From positions 1,750,360-1,814,359 of the forward strand of contig RDEW01000001.1 in NCBI GenBank assembly GCA_011109175.1: a stretch of DNA of 64,000 nucleotides, read 5' to 3'. The position numbers and the translations under genes were made by a program. A model generated the notes under the pieces. That model made no database searches. It was not told the origin of the DNA and worked only from the letters and a program-made list of their open reading frames with translations. This DNA comes from Dicyema japonicum (Eukaryota; Animalia; Dicyemida). Positions 49,820-60,854 of the stretch are shown here, piece by piece. The number at the start of each line of letters is the position of its first letter. Positions within the stretch are counted from its first letter, which is position 1.

Positions 49820-50015
49820 GCCGCGTGGCGCCATGTGCTGCTGCGTGGCTAATTAGTTGAAGTTTTCTGTTTGTTTGTCTGTTCCTCCTCTTTCTTCCTA
49901 CTAGAGTAGCTTCATGTGATCCACCTGTATAGGTGGCGCCCAGTTCCTGGCTGGCACAAAAAAGGATCATTTGCTCTCTCCCACTTCACTGGAAGGGTTT
50001 CCACAACTGCAAGTA
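49820..50015 (+). mobile_element. SINE-like family A monomer (unit-1 type)
   Basis: Closely matches 26627-26820. Confidence 0.75.
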
Positions 50016-50224
50016 TGGAAGTCTTTTACCTTTTATGTTGATTCCGGTGGAAACTGGATATACCTAATTAGTTGTTTACTTTAACTTCTTTCTCAGTTTA
50101 TCCGGGCTTAATAAATAAATTAATTAGTGCATGGTAGCGTTAGCTAGGTAGCGTTATGTCTGGTTATATTCCCACATTTCCATCTACCTGGACGAAGGAT
50201 TTTTTTCTGCTTTTTGCCTTCTTC

Positions 50225-50340
50225 AATTCTTAAGAGGCGTCATGTGATTCACCCAACAATGAGTCACCAATTTCCTGGTAAGAATACAAAATTGATCCTG
50301 TAGCTGGGATCACTTAGTTAGTTTAGGACTCTGTCTAACT
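50225..50340 (+). mobile_element. SINE-like family A, degenerate core
   Basis: GAGGCGTCATGTGATTCACC..ACAAAATTGATCC. Confidence 0.4.
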
Positions 50341-50899
50341 TAACTCAGCCATCCTGGGAAATAAAGTTAAGAAATCCACTTCCATCTAAGCAGAGGTTTT
50401 CATAATTGTTTATTGCACCCTTCTTAGACACCTAGTCTAACACGTGGGTTGTATTCACATTTATTGACCTTGTGGAAGTGTTGACTTTAATGGAGAATTT
50501 ATGGAATCAAAGTTATCTTTTCTGGTTGATGACAATCTTCCAGTCGTACGGAAGGTTAAACCTGTGACGTAACTCTGATGTACTAGGAATATCTCAGTAT
50601 ACTTTATATCTTCATCCCCTCAAGGTGATATAGTCCCCCTTCTTAATGGACTCAGAAGACATCGAATACTCCAAATTTGGGAAATTCGAATCCCGACTGT
50701 CCCAAAGTGAGTCCTTGAACAATACTAGCAAATGAACATTTAAAAACAATTTCAATGATGCAGCAATTATGAGGAGATTGATGATATTTAAAAGAAAGGA
50801 GTCTTGGAACCACAAGAGGGTAAGAGTTATCGTCTAATTAAGTGATCCAGATGTCCGCGTCTACCTTTCCCCCTATGATTTGTCTTGTAAACTTGGATT

Positions 50900-51400
50900 A
50901 AAAAAAAGGTTTCATACAGAGACAGAAGATTCACTCTACATGACGTTGTGGTGAAGATGGAAGTGTATGACTTTCAATGCTTATCAATCTGCTACCATTC
51001 ATCTAACTGCAATCCCCCTATCACGTATGAAAGGACAAATGGGTGGTATCTTACATGGCGAATCGACAATCTTCTCAGTAGTAATCGAACTAGCATGAGG
51101 ATTCGATTCATTAATTTCCGGTAGAACCGAGAAGGAAGATTATCTGATTGTTGACATGATCCCGATTTTCCGTGCTCACCCCTCATGCTTTCTCAACGTC
51201 TTTACAGGGGCCTGTAGATAAAGTGAATCGAGGTTGCCCTTTAATCTTGAGCGGCCTATTTCTGTAAAATAGATCGAAGGGGTTTTAGGTACAAGAAACC
51301 GTAATCTGCATACAACCACATGCTGGAACTGATAACTCGAGGACATGATAAAAGAGAACAGTGTCAATCCCTTTAGGAGTAGAAAGGATTATGAGGATGG
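50900..51400 (-). mobile_element. Decayed LINE RT region
   Basis: Degenerate P.K.GK..S..NYRPISL-like segment. Confidence 0.35.
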
Positions 51401-51526
51401 TTATAAATAGTCCAATAAATAATAGTCTAAACATCTTCAACCCTTGAAAGACCCAACTGCTAATTCACCGTATCCCTTCCTCAAATCAGAGACAGTAAAA
51501 CACTAGATAAAACCACGTTCTATTAT

Positions 51527-52076
51527 TATTATTTAAGCACTTCACAAGAGCCATACTAATTATAGCCCGCATGTGCAGCAAAAGAAACAAGGTTAGATGT
51601 CATCCTTTCCATGCTCCCTGTTCCTAGCCAAGGCTCTCATGCTGTCCAGGTCGTCGGCATTTGTTAGATTTTTTTTATACTGACCAGGTCTTTTTGTAAG
51701 ACTATTGGCAGTGTTGTTCTTGGTCTTCCCCGATAGCGGCCTTCTTGGCTAACATAGTATGTTTCCATAGATATGTTCGGTGGGGAAGTTAATTCCATCC
51801 TCAGCACGTGTCCGAAGAGCTTCCATCGGGATTCCAGTACTTCTAAGCTGATAGGTCTAGTGCTGCATCTCTTATATAAAGCATTCCTAGATATTCTCGT
51901 AGGCCAAGTAGTTCCTGTTATTTTTCTCAGCTGACCTCTGTGGAACGAGTCTAGTTTTTTCATATCCGCTGATGAGGTCGCCCAAGTTCCAGCGTTATAT
52001 AAAAGTACGGGTTTTATGAATGAGTCGTATAGTAGGATTCTCATTTTCGTGTCGATGCCTTTTTGATTGAGCCATA
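51527..52076 (-). mobile_element. Young 5'-truncated RTE copy
   Basis: Near-identical to 39808-40369. 12-bp TSD ACGTTCTATTAT at 51515-51526 and 52077-52088. Confidence 0.9.
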
Positions 52077-52535
52077 ACGTTCTATTATAAATTCAAATTT
52101 TTTAATATCCTAACAAATTTAGAAATTATTCACATTTATTATTCGAAGCAAGAAATCACCGATATTTATCAGGGAAAAGACATTAGATGAGCCATCTCTC
52201 AGTAGCCTCTTCATCTTTGCTCAGTGTTCTATAAAACCCACGATACTCTCATCACTAGCGGATTTACTAACCACCGAGACACAGACAAAAAGTTGAGGTT
52301 GACACTACTATAGTATTACGAAAAAAGATAAAGAACAAAGGAAAGGAGGAAAACCTTCGACCAAATACCCTGTAGGAAACGAATCCAGGACCAATGTCTA
52401 TAGTAAGACATCCTAACAACTCACAGATAGGAGATTAAAACCACGGTTGTTTTCCTAATTAAAATTATAAATTAAAAATTAAATCTACAAATAATTTAAT
52501 TATTAAATTTAAATCACAACACGTGCTAGTTATTC

Positions 52536-52965
52536 ATGGTTTGTTGAAATTATTGAATTTCGTAGGGAAGAGTCAGAAATTTCACAATAAAATCTGCATC
52601 TAAAAGGTTAATCGAGATGCACTATACTCGATTGTCCACGGATTTCCAAGAAAACAAAATGGTAGTCAACAACGTAGCAATCACCCCCAGCAAGAAGATG
52701 AGGAATAAAATAGCAGGATTCACGACTCATCTAATGAAACGAATAGCTAAGGGACGTGTTCGAGGAATATCCTTAAAACTCCAGGAAGAAGAGCGAGAAA
52801 GGAGAGATAACTATGTCCCTACTGTACTTGTCTGGATTCACTCTTTAGATTTCTGAACTTGACATTGACGTGACCCTCGACGACCGAACCAGGGCAATGC
52901 TCGAAAATTATGTTAGGATTTTGCTTATTTGTTAGGGACTGGCTCTCCCGGTTAGGGGAATTTGA
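52536..52965 (+). CDS. RPS17: 40S ribosomal protein S17 (4 exons; first exon is ATG only)
   Basis: [43 protein letters not shown]. Introns of 27, 25 and 24 nt. Confidence 0.96.
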
Positions 52966-53062
52966 TTGACTTCTTTTTTACTTATTGGTTTAATTTCTCT
53001 GTTATTTGAATTTATTCTAATTTTTACTTGACTTTCTTAGCTCTCTATAATTCCCGTAATTT

Positions 53063-53345
53063 TAGGATATGTAGTACAATGGTCCCAGGTTGATTCCCCT
53101 TCTGGATATTTTAGGATCTGTAGTACAATGGTCCCAGGTTGATCCCCCTTCTGGATATTTTCGGATCTGTAGTACAATGGTCCCAGGTTGATCCCCCTTC
53201 TGGATATTTTAGGATCTGTAGTACAATGGTCTCAGGTTGATCCCCCTTCTGGATATTTTCGGATCTGTAGTACAATGGTCCCAGGTTGATCCCCCTTCTA
53301 GATATTTTAGGATATGTAGTACAATTGTCCCAGGTTGATCCCCCC
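53063..53345. repeat. 49-bp minisatellite, about 5.8 units
   Basis: Unit T(A/C)GGAT(A/C)TGTAGTACAATGGTCCCAGGTTGATCCCCCTTCTGGATATTT starts at 53063, 53112, 53161, 53210, 53259 and 53308. Confidence 0.95.
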
Positions 53346-53349
53346 TCGG

Positions 53350-53480
53350 AGGTTTCTCTTCCTATTCTCTGTTTCCTATTTTTTCCTTCTATAGAGTGGT
53401 GTCACGTGATCCACCTATCTCAGGTGCCTGGATGACATACAATGATCATTTGCCCTCACCCAATCCATTGGAGGTCTTTT
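53350..53480 (+). mobile_element. SINE-like family A core
   Basis: TAGAGTGGTGTCACGTGATCCACCT..CAGGTG..ACAATGATCATTTG. Confidence 0.6.
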
Positions 53481-53679
53481 CTGCTTTCTCATTTTGATCG
53501 TAGACTCTACGTGGAAATATAATTATGTCGTGCCTCAAGAAAGCTAATCCTGCCTGTTTTGGATTTCTGTTCAGAGCACACATCACTCTAATGAGCATTT
53601 TTATTTGTTATCTTTAATATCTCATTTTGATCGGTATATTCGCCTTAAGTTTTTTTCAACAAGACGACAAAAATTTGGC

Positions 53680-53920
53680 CGCTTCAGTCTCGGACCCAGG
53701 TAACGCTTCTAAGCAAGCAGAGGAAGAGAAGGAATTACCAGGAATGAAGGAGGATCACTTGTTTGTCCCATTTGCTGTTGAGACGTCAGGAATCCTTGAT
53801 TCATAAGCCGACGATCTAGTCCGTCGGATTGGCTCAATGATCCAAAGGGTCACCACGGGTCCACGTGAGCATACCTCGATAGTTATTGTCAGAGGAAACA
53901 GCATGACCATTCAATAGAGG
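53680..53920 (+). mobile_element. CRE-clade RLE C-terminal fragment
   Basis: HLFVPFAVETSGILD..LVRRIGSMI..IVIVRGNS. Confidence 0.6.
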
Positions 53921-53999
53921 TATCGTATTTCAGTCCTGCCACTAGGCTTGGACACTTTACCAGTTTCTCTCTCCTTAATTAGACCTCCTATCAACACAC

Positions 54000-54400
54000 T
54001 TGATTGATTTCAAGAGTTTATTTTCTTCCTCGGATATTTCATCTCTTAATCTACTTCCCAACACCAATTTAATGTCCAGTAATAATATGATCCTATCCTT
54101 TTTCGTAGAGAAAAATCATCCTCACATCCGTAGAGTAATTTTGGGAGAATTATTCCGTGAAGATAAATAGAAGCGTCCCTCTGTTGACGCGTAGCTTACG
54201 TATACATAAAAGTGTTTGCCTTCTCTCTCAAACTGATATCTTCCATATAAACTCCACTAATATCCACACCCCCCCCCAAATAACGTAAATAATGCACATT
54301 TTTCGCTTGAAACGTGTATTCTTTTAGTAAGAAACTATCAAACTAAGCAATTCCACCTTACGCGGTCAAGCGCAACCTTTCTCAAGTCGTCCAGATGTTC
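54000..54400 (-). mobile_element. LINE C-terminal relic
   Basis: GIILPKLLYGCE, homologous to 44040-44090. Confidence 0.5.
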
Positions 54401-54419
54401 TCCACGTTTCATCTTCCTT

Positions 54420-54950
54420 TTGGCAAACTTGGAATCAGTATCCCAGGAAGTGTGATTTGTAGACATCCACAGAAACCTGATTCAGTGTCAATGAGGAACT
54501 CCTCCATTGCTATATTAGATGGGGGTGTCCATTTTCAATCTCAGTATATGCCCGAAGAGCCTCCATCTCAAATCAGTGATCTCGAGACTTAAAAAACCAG
54601 TGGAGCAAACATTATATAAAGCTTCTTGTTTATTTTCCTTGGCTAAATCAATCCGAGCATTGTCCTCATCTGCCTTCGATGAAAGGTATCTATCCCCCCG
54701 TTCCTCAGCATTGGATACTGCCCACGTTGATGAATTATATAATAGGACTGGTTTAACAAGGGCATTGTATAGCCTTCGCCGGAATGATGTACTTGATCGT
54801 CTTCCGTCAATCCAGTTCTTTTTAACTTTGGTCTCACATGAGATTTTTAACCCTCTCATGCTACGCCAATCTTCAATGGTGCACATATTCAGCCTCCTTT
54901 CAGAGAGAACTGAATTCTTGGACGCGTCCACTAAAATGATCATTATAACT
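54420..54950 (-). mobile_element. RTE-like LINE C-terminal fragment
   Basis: RRLYNALVKPVLLYNSSTW and RWRLFGHILRL. Confidence 0.75.
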
Positions 54951-54969
54951 TGGTGGTTTAGGTGAACTC

Positions 54970-55265
54970 ACCTGGGACCTCCTTGATAAGTGAGATCCCA
55001 CTGGAGACATTTCCTTAGATATCCTTTCGGTTAAGAAATGTTTTTATCCAACTAAACAGATACTTCAGAACATCCGCCGACACAAGCTTGAAGAGCTTCG
55101 TGGCAAACACTGTCCTGGAATATCCAGGCATAACAGGTTCATTTCGACTATCAATGGCCTTCTGGGCTTAAGAATTTAGCAGGAAGAAACAGTCTTCACA
55201 CGACCTTGCTTGACGAAAGCCCTATTGGTGCGGCAAAAAATTAGTTTGAAGATAATCCCCTCTAT
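54970..55265 (-). mobile_element. jockey/CR1-like RT relic
   Basis: GFRQARSCEDCFFLLNS..CLDI..DSVCHEAL, homologous to 35022-35420. Confidence 0.6.
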
Positions 55266-55580
55266 TATCTTGTAAATGTTATCGGATAGTCTCTTGGCTT
55301 TTGTAACATGGGAGGAGGAGGTTGTTAACTTCTTCACCGGTGTATCCAGGATAATTAAAAATACCAATAGGGACTTATACCATTAAGTATTAATAGAAAT
55401 TATAATTTAACTAAAAGAATATAAAATATATATTAATTTAAATTATGGTAATTTTTTACTAAATTAAAAAATTAATCAAAAAATTGTAAGAAATTAGCAT
55501 TATATAAATGGATAGTAATTAAAAGTTCCTTATGTCCGACTATAAAAGAGGCGGTAAGAGAACAAACCATAATATTCACA

Positions 55581-56275
55581 ATGTCAGGTTCTGAAGTCTT
55601 CTATAATTTAGATTCAAATCATTCAATTGAAAAATACAATTCGTTGTTAGAAATATAAAATTCCAACTGGAGTATTATTTTTCCGAGTTGTAATTATTTG
55701 TTTACTTTAGGGAAAATTTGATAAGAGACACATAATTAAAAAATTTAATAGATCATAAAGGTTTTGTGGAAATACAAGAAATATTAAAATTCAAAAAATT
55801 GTATCGCTCAATGCATCTGATAACGACGTTGTTTTGGGTGTTAAAAGTTGTCTATCAAATAAGTCTTAGGGTCTATTAAAATTAAATTAAGTGAATCTGC
55901 CAGAAAAATAAAAACCAGCCGACTGTTATATAAGACTACTATAAAGATTCCGTTTAGTTTGAACACAGAGGAGGTAGAGTAAGCATTAATTTTAGGAATT
56001 ATAGGAGTCAATACTATTCCCAAGGGGAATAACTGAGCAGCATTGCAAAAAAGCTATCAAAACCGGTGAGTATAACTGGGAGTTATATACTGACGAAATT
56101 TCGTCCGCAAGGGATTCTGTAAATAAACTCAGGGAATACAAGGTAATTATTGTAAATATTTTAGTCACGACTTATTCATCAATCACCGGAGTTTATAAAA
56201 GGCCCCAGACCAGTATACGACCCAAAAACAGATAATGGTAAAATACGACAGAACCGGCCAAATAAGAAAAATTAA
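55581..56275 (+). pseudogene. La-module (La motif plus RRM, LARP4-like) pseudogene, most complete copy C5 (cassette about 55268-56465)
   Basis: Five micro-introns (24, 24, 23, 22 and 22 nt) give LLEI.KFQLEYYFSEENLIRDT*LKNLIDHKGFVEIQEILKFKK..VVLGVKRSIKIKLSESARKIK..IPFSLNTEEELxESILFPRG..EYNWELYTDEISSARDSVNKLREYK. Lesions include a frameshift at about 55655, TAA at 55733-55735 and a frameshift at about 55802. Confidence 0.8.
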
Positions 56276-56844
56276 TTAAATAACCAAAGAAACTTAACTT
56301 TTAATTATCTATAATTTTTCTATTTAATAATTAAATTAAATTTCTAAATGTTTTTTTCACTACAATTCTGTTCGCTTGTATTTTCTTATTGAAGAAATGA
56401 GCAAAACTTAATGCTCATTCTCAACATTAGATAAGAGTTCTCTGTGTATTGCAGTTAACATAACTCCAATGTCATTTCCGTTTACAGGTTTGTGTTTTCT
56501 TGTTTACTGTTTTCCGAATCTTCTAACGAATTTTCATTAATTGTTTCACATGTACTGTATTCGATATTCAACAAACCTCAACTTAAGGATCGAAAATGTT
56601 TGTTCTTCCGATTGCTTGACGTTAATATCCTGATTTCCGTTGTTGGGATTATTACAAATTCTGCAACAATTATCTCGTCGGATAAGTCTTCCCATGTAAT
56701 TGGAGTCAATCCTTGCAGTCAATTTCTTGCAAGAATTGTATAGAGTAGAATACATCCCTGCCACCAGGGAATAGTAATGTAAACCTCAGCTTAGGCAGAA
56801 CTCACACTTTATTTAAAAAGTAAAAACAGTCATGCTAACTAATC

Positions 56845-57020
56845 CAAATGTTCTTGTTTTTTCTTGTGTGTGAGTCCTAGAAGACAATCGGGTTCTGCAG
56901 TGATATACACTGATGACGGCGTTACTCGTCAACTCAGAAGCATCGCAGATGCATGGAATCTTCAAACGAATGGACATCAGCGAGATTCGAACTCGAGACC
57001 TCCTGGTTTTGCAGGCTTGC
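56845..57020 (-). mobile_element. tRNA-derived SINE family B
   Basis: B-box GAGTTCGAATC, a body matching 60585-60715, and an A-rich tail. Confidence 0.7.
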
Positions 57021-57699
57021 AGGAATGTGGTAACATTTGTTTTTTTAATTCTTGAGTTGTACATCAAAATGAATCTGCCTATCCATAAATATCCAGTCAT
57101 CCAACTATAGTAGGAGGAATTCTTGGTCTCATACTTTTTAAAACATCTACGAATTCTTGGTCTTGCAATCCTCACTGGTTTCAACGTAAGTCTTTCGGTC
57201 ATGTTGAATCATAACAGGGACATGGTCTTAAAATTTTGTAGGATTGTAATTTTTTTTGACCCCACAAGCAAGGAAGCACAAGTAAATTCGAGAGAGGAAC
57301 TGATGATGATTAAGTGCTCATCAACTATAGAAAGAGGATCTAATATTACAAAGAAAGGGCGGAATCCTGGGGGATCTAAAAGCAAGGACACATATGACCT
57401 GCAATCGCTGGGTTTTTAACTTTAAAAAATCACGCAACTACGATGTGCTTGCTGACGAGCTAAAGCTATTTCGTGGCTCCAGTGATATTGATTATCTTAG
57501 CAGTGATGGTGTGATCTCTAAGCGATACAAAAATTATGGATGTGTTATCGATTGATGATGTGACATGCGTCCAAGTTATGCTTAAGAAGACACTCAAGAG
57601 CATGCTTATCGAGCACTTTGGAAGAGGAATTAACATCAATATCTAATCAGTTGTTGGATATGACAACTCACTATGGTGAGGACATGGATTTTAATCTTA

Positions 57700-58030
57700 A
57701 CATGGAGAAGGTGAAATGGCGATCGTCCGTCCGATATTGAGGAGAAAGGCGTCCGTCATCTCTCCCAAGACCCCAGAACTCTCCATAGCAATAGGAACGA
57801 AATGATAGTTTTCCCTGAGTCATTCGTACGGATTTACCCGAACTACCCCTTGTCGACGCGTTTGCATGAGAGTGTGTCGCCGTCAGCGATCTGACCTCAG
57901 AAGAATAATAATCCACGTGGCTCGTTTACATATCAGCGGGAACTCCCGAGTCATTACCAACCGCCTTCAATTTCTGCGCCATACCGAATACATCTGACTG
58001 GCCTCTGGGAGCGTCCCGTTTGGTTGTTAC
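57700..58030 (-). mobile_element. CRE-clade RLE fragment
   Basis: NYHFVPIAMESSGVLGEMTDAFLLNIGRTIA. Confidence 0.55.
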
Positions 58031-58593
58031 TTTTCTGTTACGTACCGGTTTCCTTCAAGGACTGGGAATAAATAAATTAACATACCAAGGTCAGTAACGA
58101 GTTTATTCAAGAGATTTCCAATAATCAGTAGTAATTACAAGTTTATCCTATTGAGACATGTCTTTAAATTAAGCTAATAAATAATATGCCAATTGATAGT
58201 CGATACAATCGATTGAGTTGATGTGTATTATCATGTAATAAGCACGATTTAATAAATCATCGCTTGGTTCCTACACGGGGTCACTATTCTCTTCACAAAC
58301 TCAGTTCGGAAATGGCATTCTCTGATAAGAAATGATTTGTGTGAGAATCCGCTGGTTTATGATTGCTAAATACTCGTTAAGCCGAGATTTGTAGAATGGG
58401 CATAAATAATAACTGCCAATAATGCGAAGGTGCTTGACGATTAATCATAAAATAATTGTATTACGTGCAAACTACTTATTTCAAAGTTATAATAGCAATA
58501 TCTCAATTTCAATATCTCGGCATTGATTAATGTCACTGACCATGTCGCCGTAAAACAACACAATAAATAGCATCTTAAGAATACGACAAGAAA

Positions 58594-60278
58594 ATGTTAA
58601 GCCTTACTCTGCGATCATATAAAGTTCAGAAGACGGCAATGGTTGTTCTGGTCTTATTTTCCATGGTCTTCTGGGTCTCCTATTGGCGCAGAAGATCTTG
58701 CCCTGTTTTAAGTTCTCCGATCAAGACTGTCCATCTTCTGTCATCCACTAATGATTCCTGTGCAGAAACTCTTATGGGAGATTACCCTGTTGATATTTTT
58801 GATTTGTGTGCCAGAAGAAAGGGAGCCGTGATTCTCCACATATTCGGGGTTGTTTACATGTTCACAGCCCTGGCAATTGTCTGCGACACCTATTTTGTTC
58901 CCTCCCTCGAAGTCCTAATAGAAAAGATGAAGATCAGTGAGGACGTCGCTGGAGCCACATTCATGGCTGCCGGAGGAAGTGCTCCTGAACTGTTTACATC
59001 GATAATTGGAGTATTCCTGGCCAAAAGCAATGTAGGTATTGGAACCATTATTGGGTCGGCAGTATTCAACATTTTGTTTGTGATCAGTGTGTGTGCTCTG
59101 TCAAGTCTTACGGTCCTCACATTGACTTGGTGGCCTTTATTCAGGGACATGGGATTCTACATTATCTCCCTCATCATGCTGATCATCTTTTTCTTGGACA
59201 GTCAGATTTACTGGTGGGAGGCTCTGATCCTCTTTTTGTGGTACTTTACCTACGTGGTGTTCATGAAGTTCAACGTTCAGATAGAACAGTGGGTCAAGAC
59301 TAATATTCTAAGACAAAAATCATCAGAAATTAAAAAACAGCCCAGAGTAGTGTCCATTTAACTAACTAGAACTCAATCTGCTTCATGAGGGAGAGCTTCA
59401 GCCACTATAGACTCTCAAACGTGCTTCCCATCCACGGTAAACATGTCTATAACTGTAGCCAAAAAATCTTCCATCAATATGATCCGCAGGAAGAGCAGTG
59501 TAGCCCCCCAGAATGTAAGATGATTGATTTATGATATTAGGATGATAAATGTGATGAATCAGAACAAGTAAGCTCATTAATCACGATAGGATGAATATAT
59601 TGAGTGGTACAAATGGCCTGACACAACCATGGGGAAGATTTATTACGTCCTCCTGTTCCCCATCAACCTGGTCCTTAGTCTAACAATCCCCAACGTTATG
59701 AACGAGGTTATTGGGTCGTTTAAGGGCTTAGAAAATGAAGAAGCTGTATGTATTGACGTTTACGAACAGTATATTATGGATTGGAATGTTCTCCTACCTG
59801 ATGGTGTGGTGGGCCAACCAAATTGGGAGCACTTTTGGAATACCAAACGAGGTACTTTGCTCTGAGATCGCAGGTTATGGGACTCACGTTTCTTGCGGCA
59901 GGGACCAGCATCCCGGATTTGATAACAAGCTATATTGTGGCCAAAAAGGGCTTTGGGGACATGGCTGTGTCAAGTTCTATTGGGAGCAATCTCTTCGACG
60001 TCTGTGTGGGGTATGTGATTTAGTTACCGCCAAGTCTTCCGTTTCCGTGGTTGATATCCTGGATGGTGTTCCGAGTCCCCATAAACACGAGCAGTAAGGG
60101 ACTATTCTGTTCAGTATTAATGCTCTTCTCCATGCTTACCAGCGTCATAATAATCATCGGCATCTCCAAATGGAAGATGACGAAGGCTCTGGGCATCTCA
60201 ATGCTGGTGGCTTACGGATTCTTCATAGCTCTGTCCCTTATGCTGGAATACGGAGTGATTGGATGTATAATCACGTAA
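58594..60278 (+). CDS. K+-dependent Na+/Ca2+ exchanger (SLC24/NCKX family), 8 exons
   Basis: alpha-1 repeat [33 protein letters not shown], alpha-2 repeat [14 protein letters not shown] (Asp linked to K+ dependence retained) and [12 protein letters not shown]. Introns of 23, 22, 26, 22, 25, 22 and 24 nt. Confidence 0.94.
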
Positions 60279-60524
60279 AGTGTGTAAATTCTAAAACTGC
60301 TAACTGTTAAACTCATTAATATTAAAAAATTAATATAAAGTTTATTATTTATTAAAATAATTTCTCAATACAGTCCGACCCAGAAATGGCGCGAAAATTT
60401 CCCCAAAAATGTGGGTCTTCTTAAAAAGCTTAATTAAAATGTGGAAATTTACTTCTACAATAATTAATTTCTATAATATGTATTAAAACAAGATAAATCA
60501 TTAGATTTTGTCTACTGAAAAAAG

Positions 60525-60735
60525 AAATGGCATAGTGGTTAGGTGTCGGGCTAAAGTGGCTTAGGTTACGGGTTCGATTCTCGCTGCTGTTCACCTAATG
60601 GAAGGTTCCACGCATCTACGATGCCAAAAGAACTATGCCAAAAGAATTTGACGAGTGACGCCGTCATCAGTGGATACTCACTGCGGAACTGGATTGTCTA
60701 GAAAGGACCCACACATAAGAAAAAGAAAAAAAAAG
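60525..60735 (+). mobile_element. tRNA-derived SINE family B
   Basis: A-box TGGCATAGTGG at 60528, B-box GGTTCGATTC at 60571, a body shared with 56845-57000, and an A-rich tail. Confidence 0.72.
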
Positions 60736-60854
60736 AAGTGAAGATCATTTCTTGGTTCTACGAAAATTGACTGTTCTTTACTTAAATAAAGTGTGTCCTG
60801 CCTATGCGGAGCTATAAATATTTTGGCTCTCGTAAAAAGGCTATTAACAAAATA

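Noticed and set aside
53063-53345. 49-bp array as a CRISPR array
   Set aside because: Units are contiguous with no unique spacers, no cas genes are present, and the context is eukaryotic.
56910-56940. Hammerhead core CTGATGA in SINE B (antisense) and at about 40259
   Set aside because: No GAAA after a stem II and no stems I or III.
60525-60600. Functional tRNA gene
   Set aside because: A and B boxes are present but there is no convincing acceptor or anticodon stem, and the sequence continues into a repeated body and A-tail, so it is a SINE.
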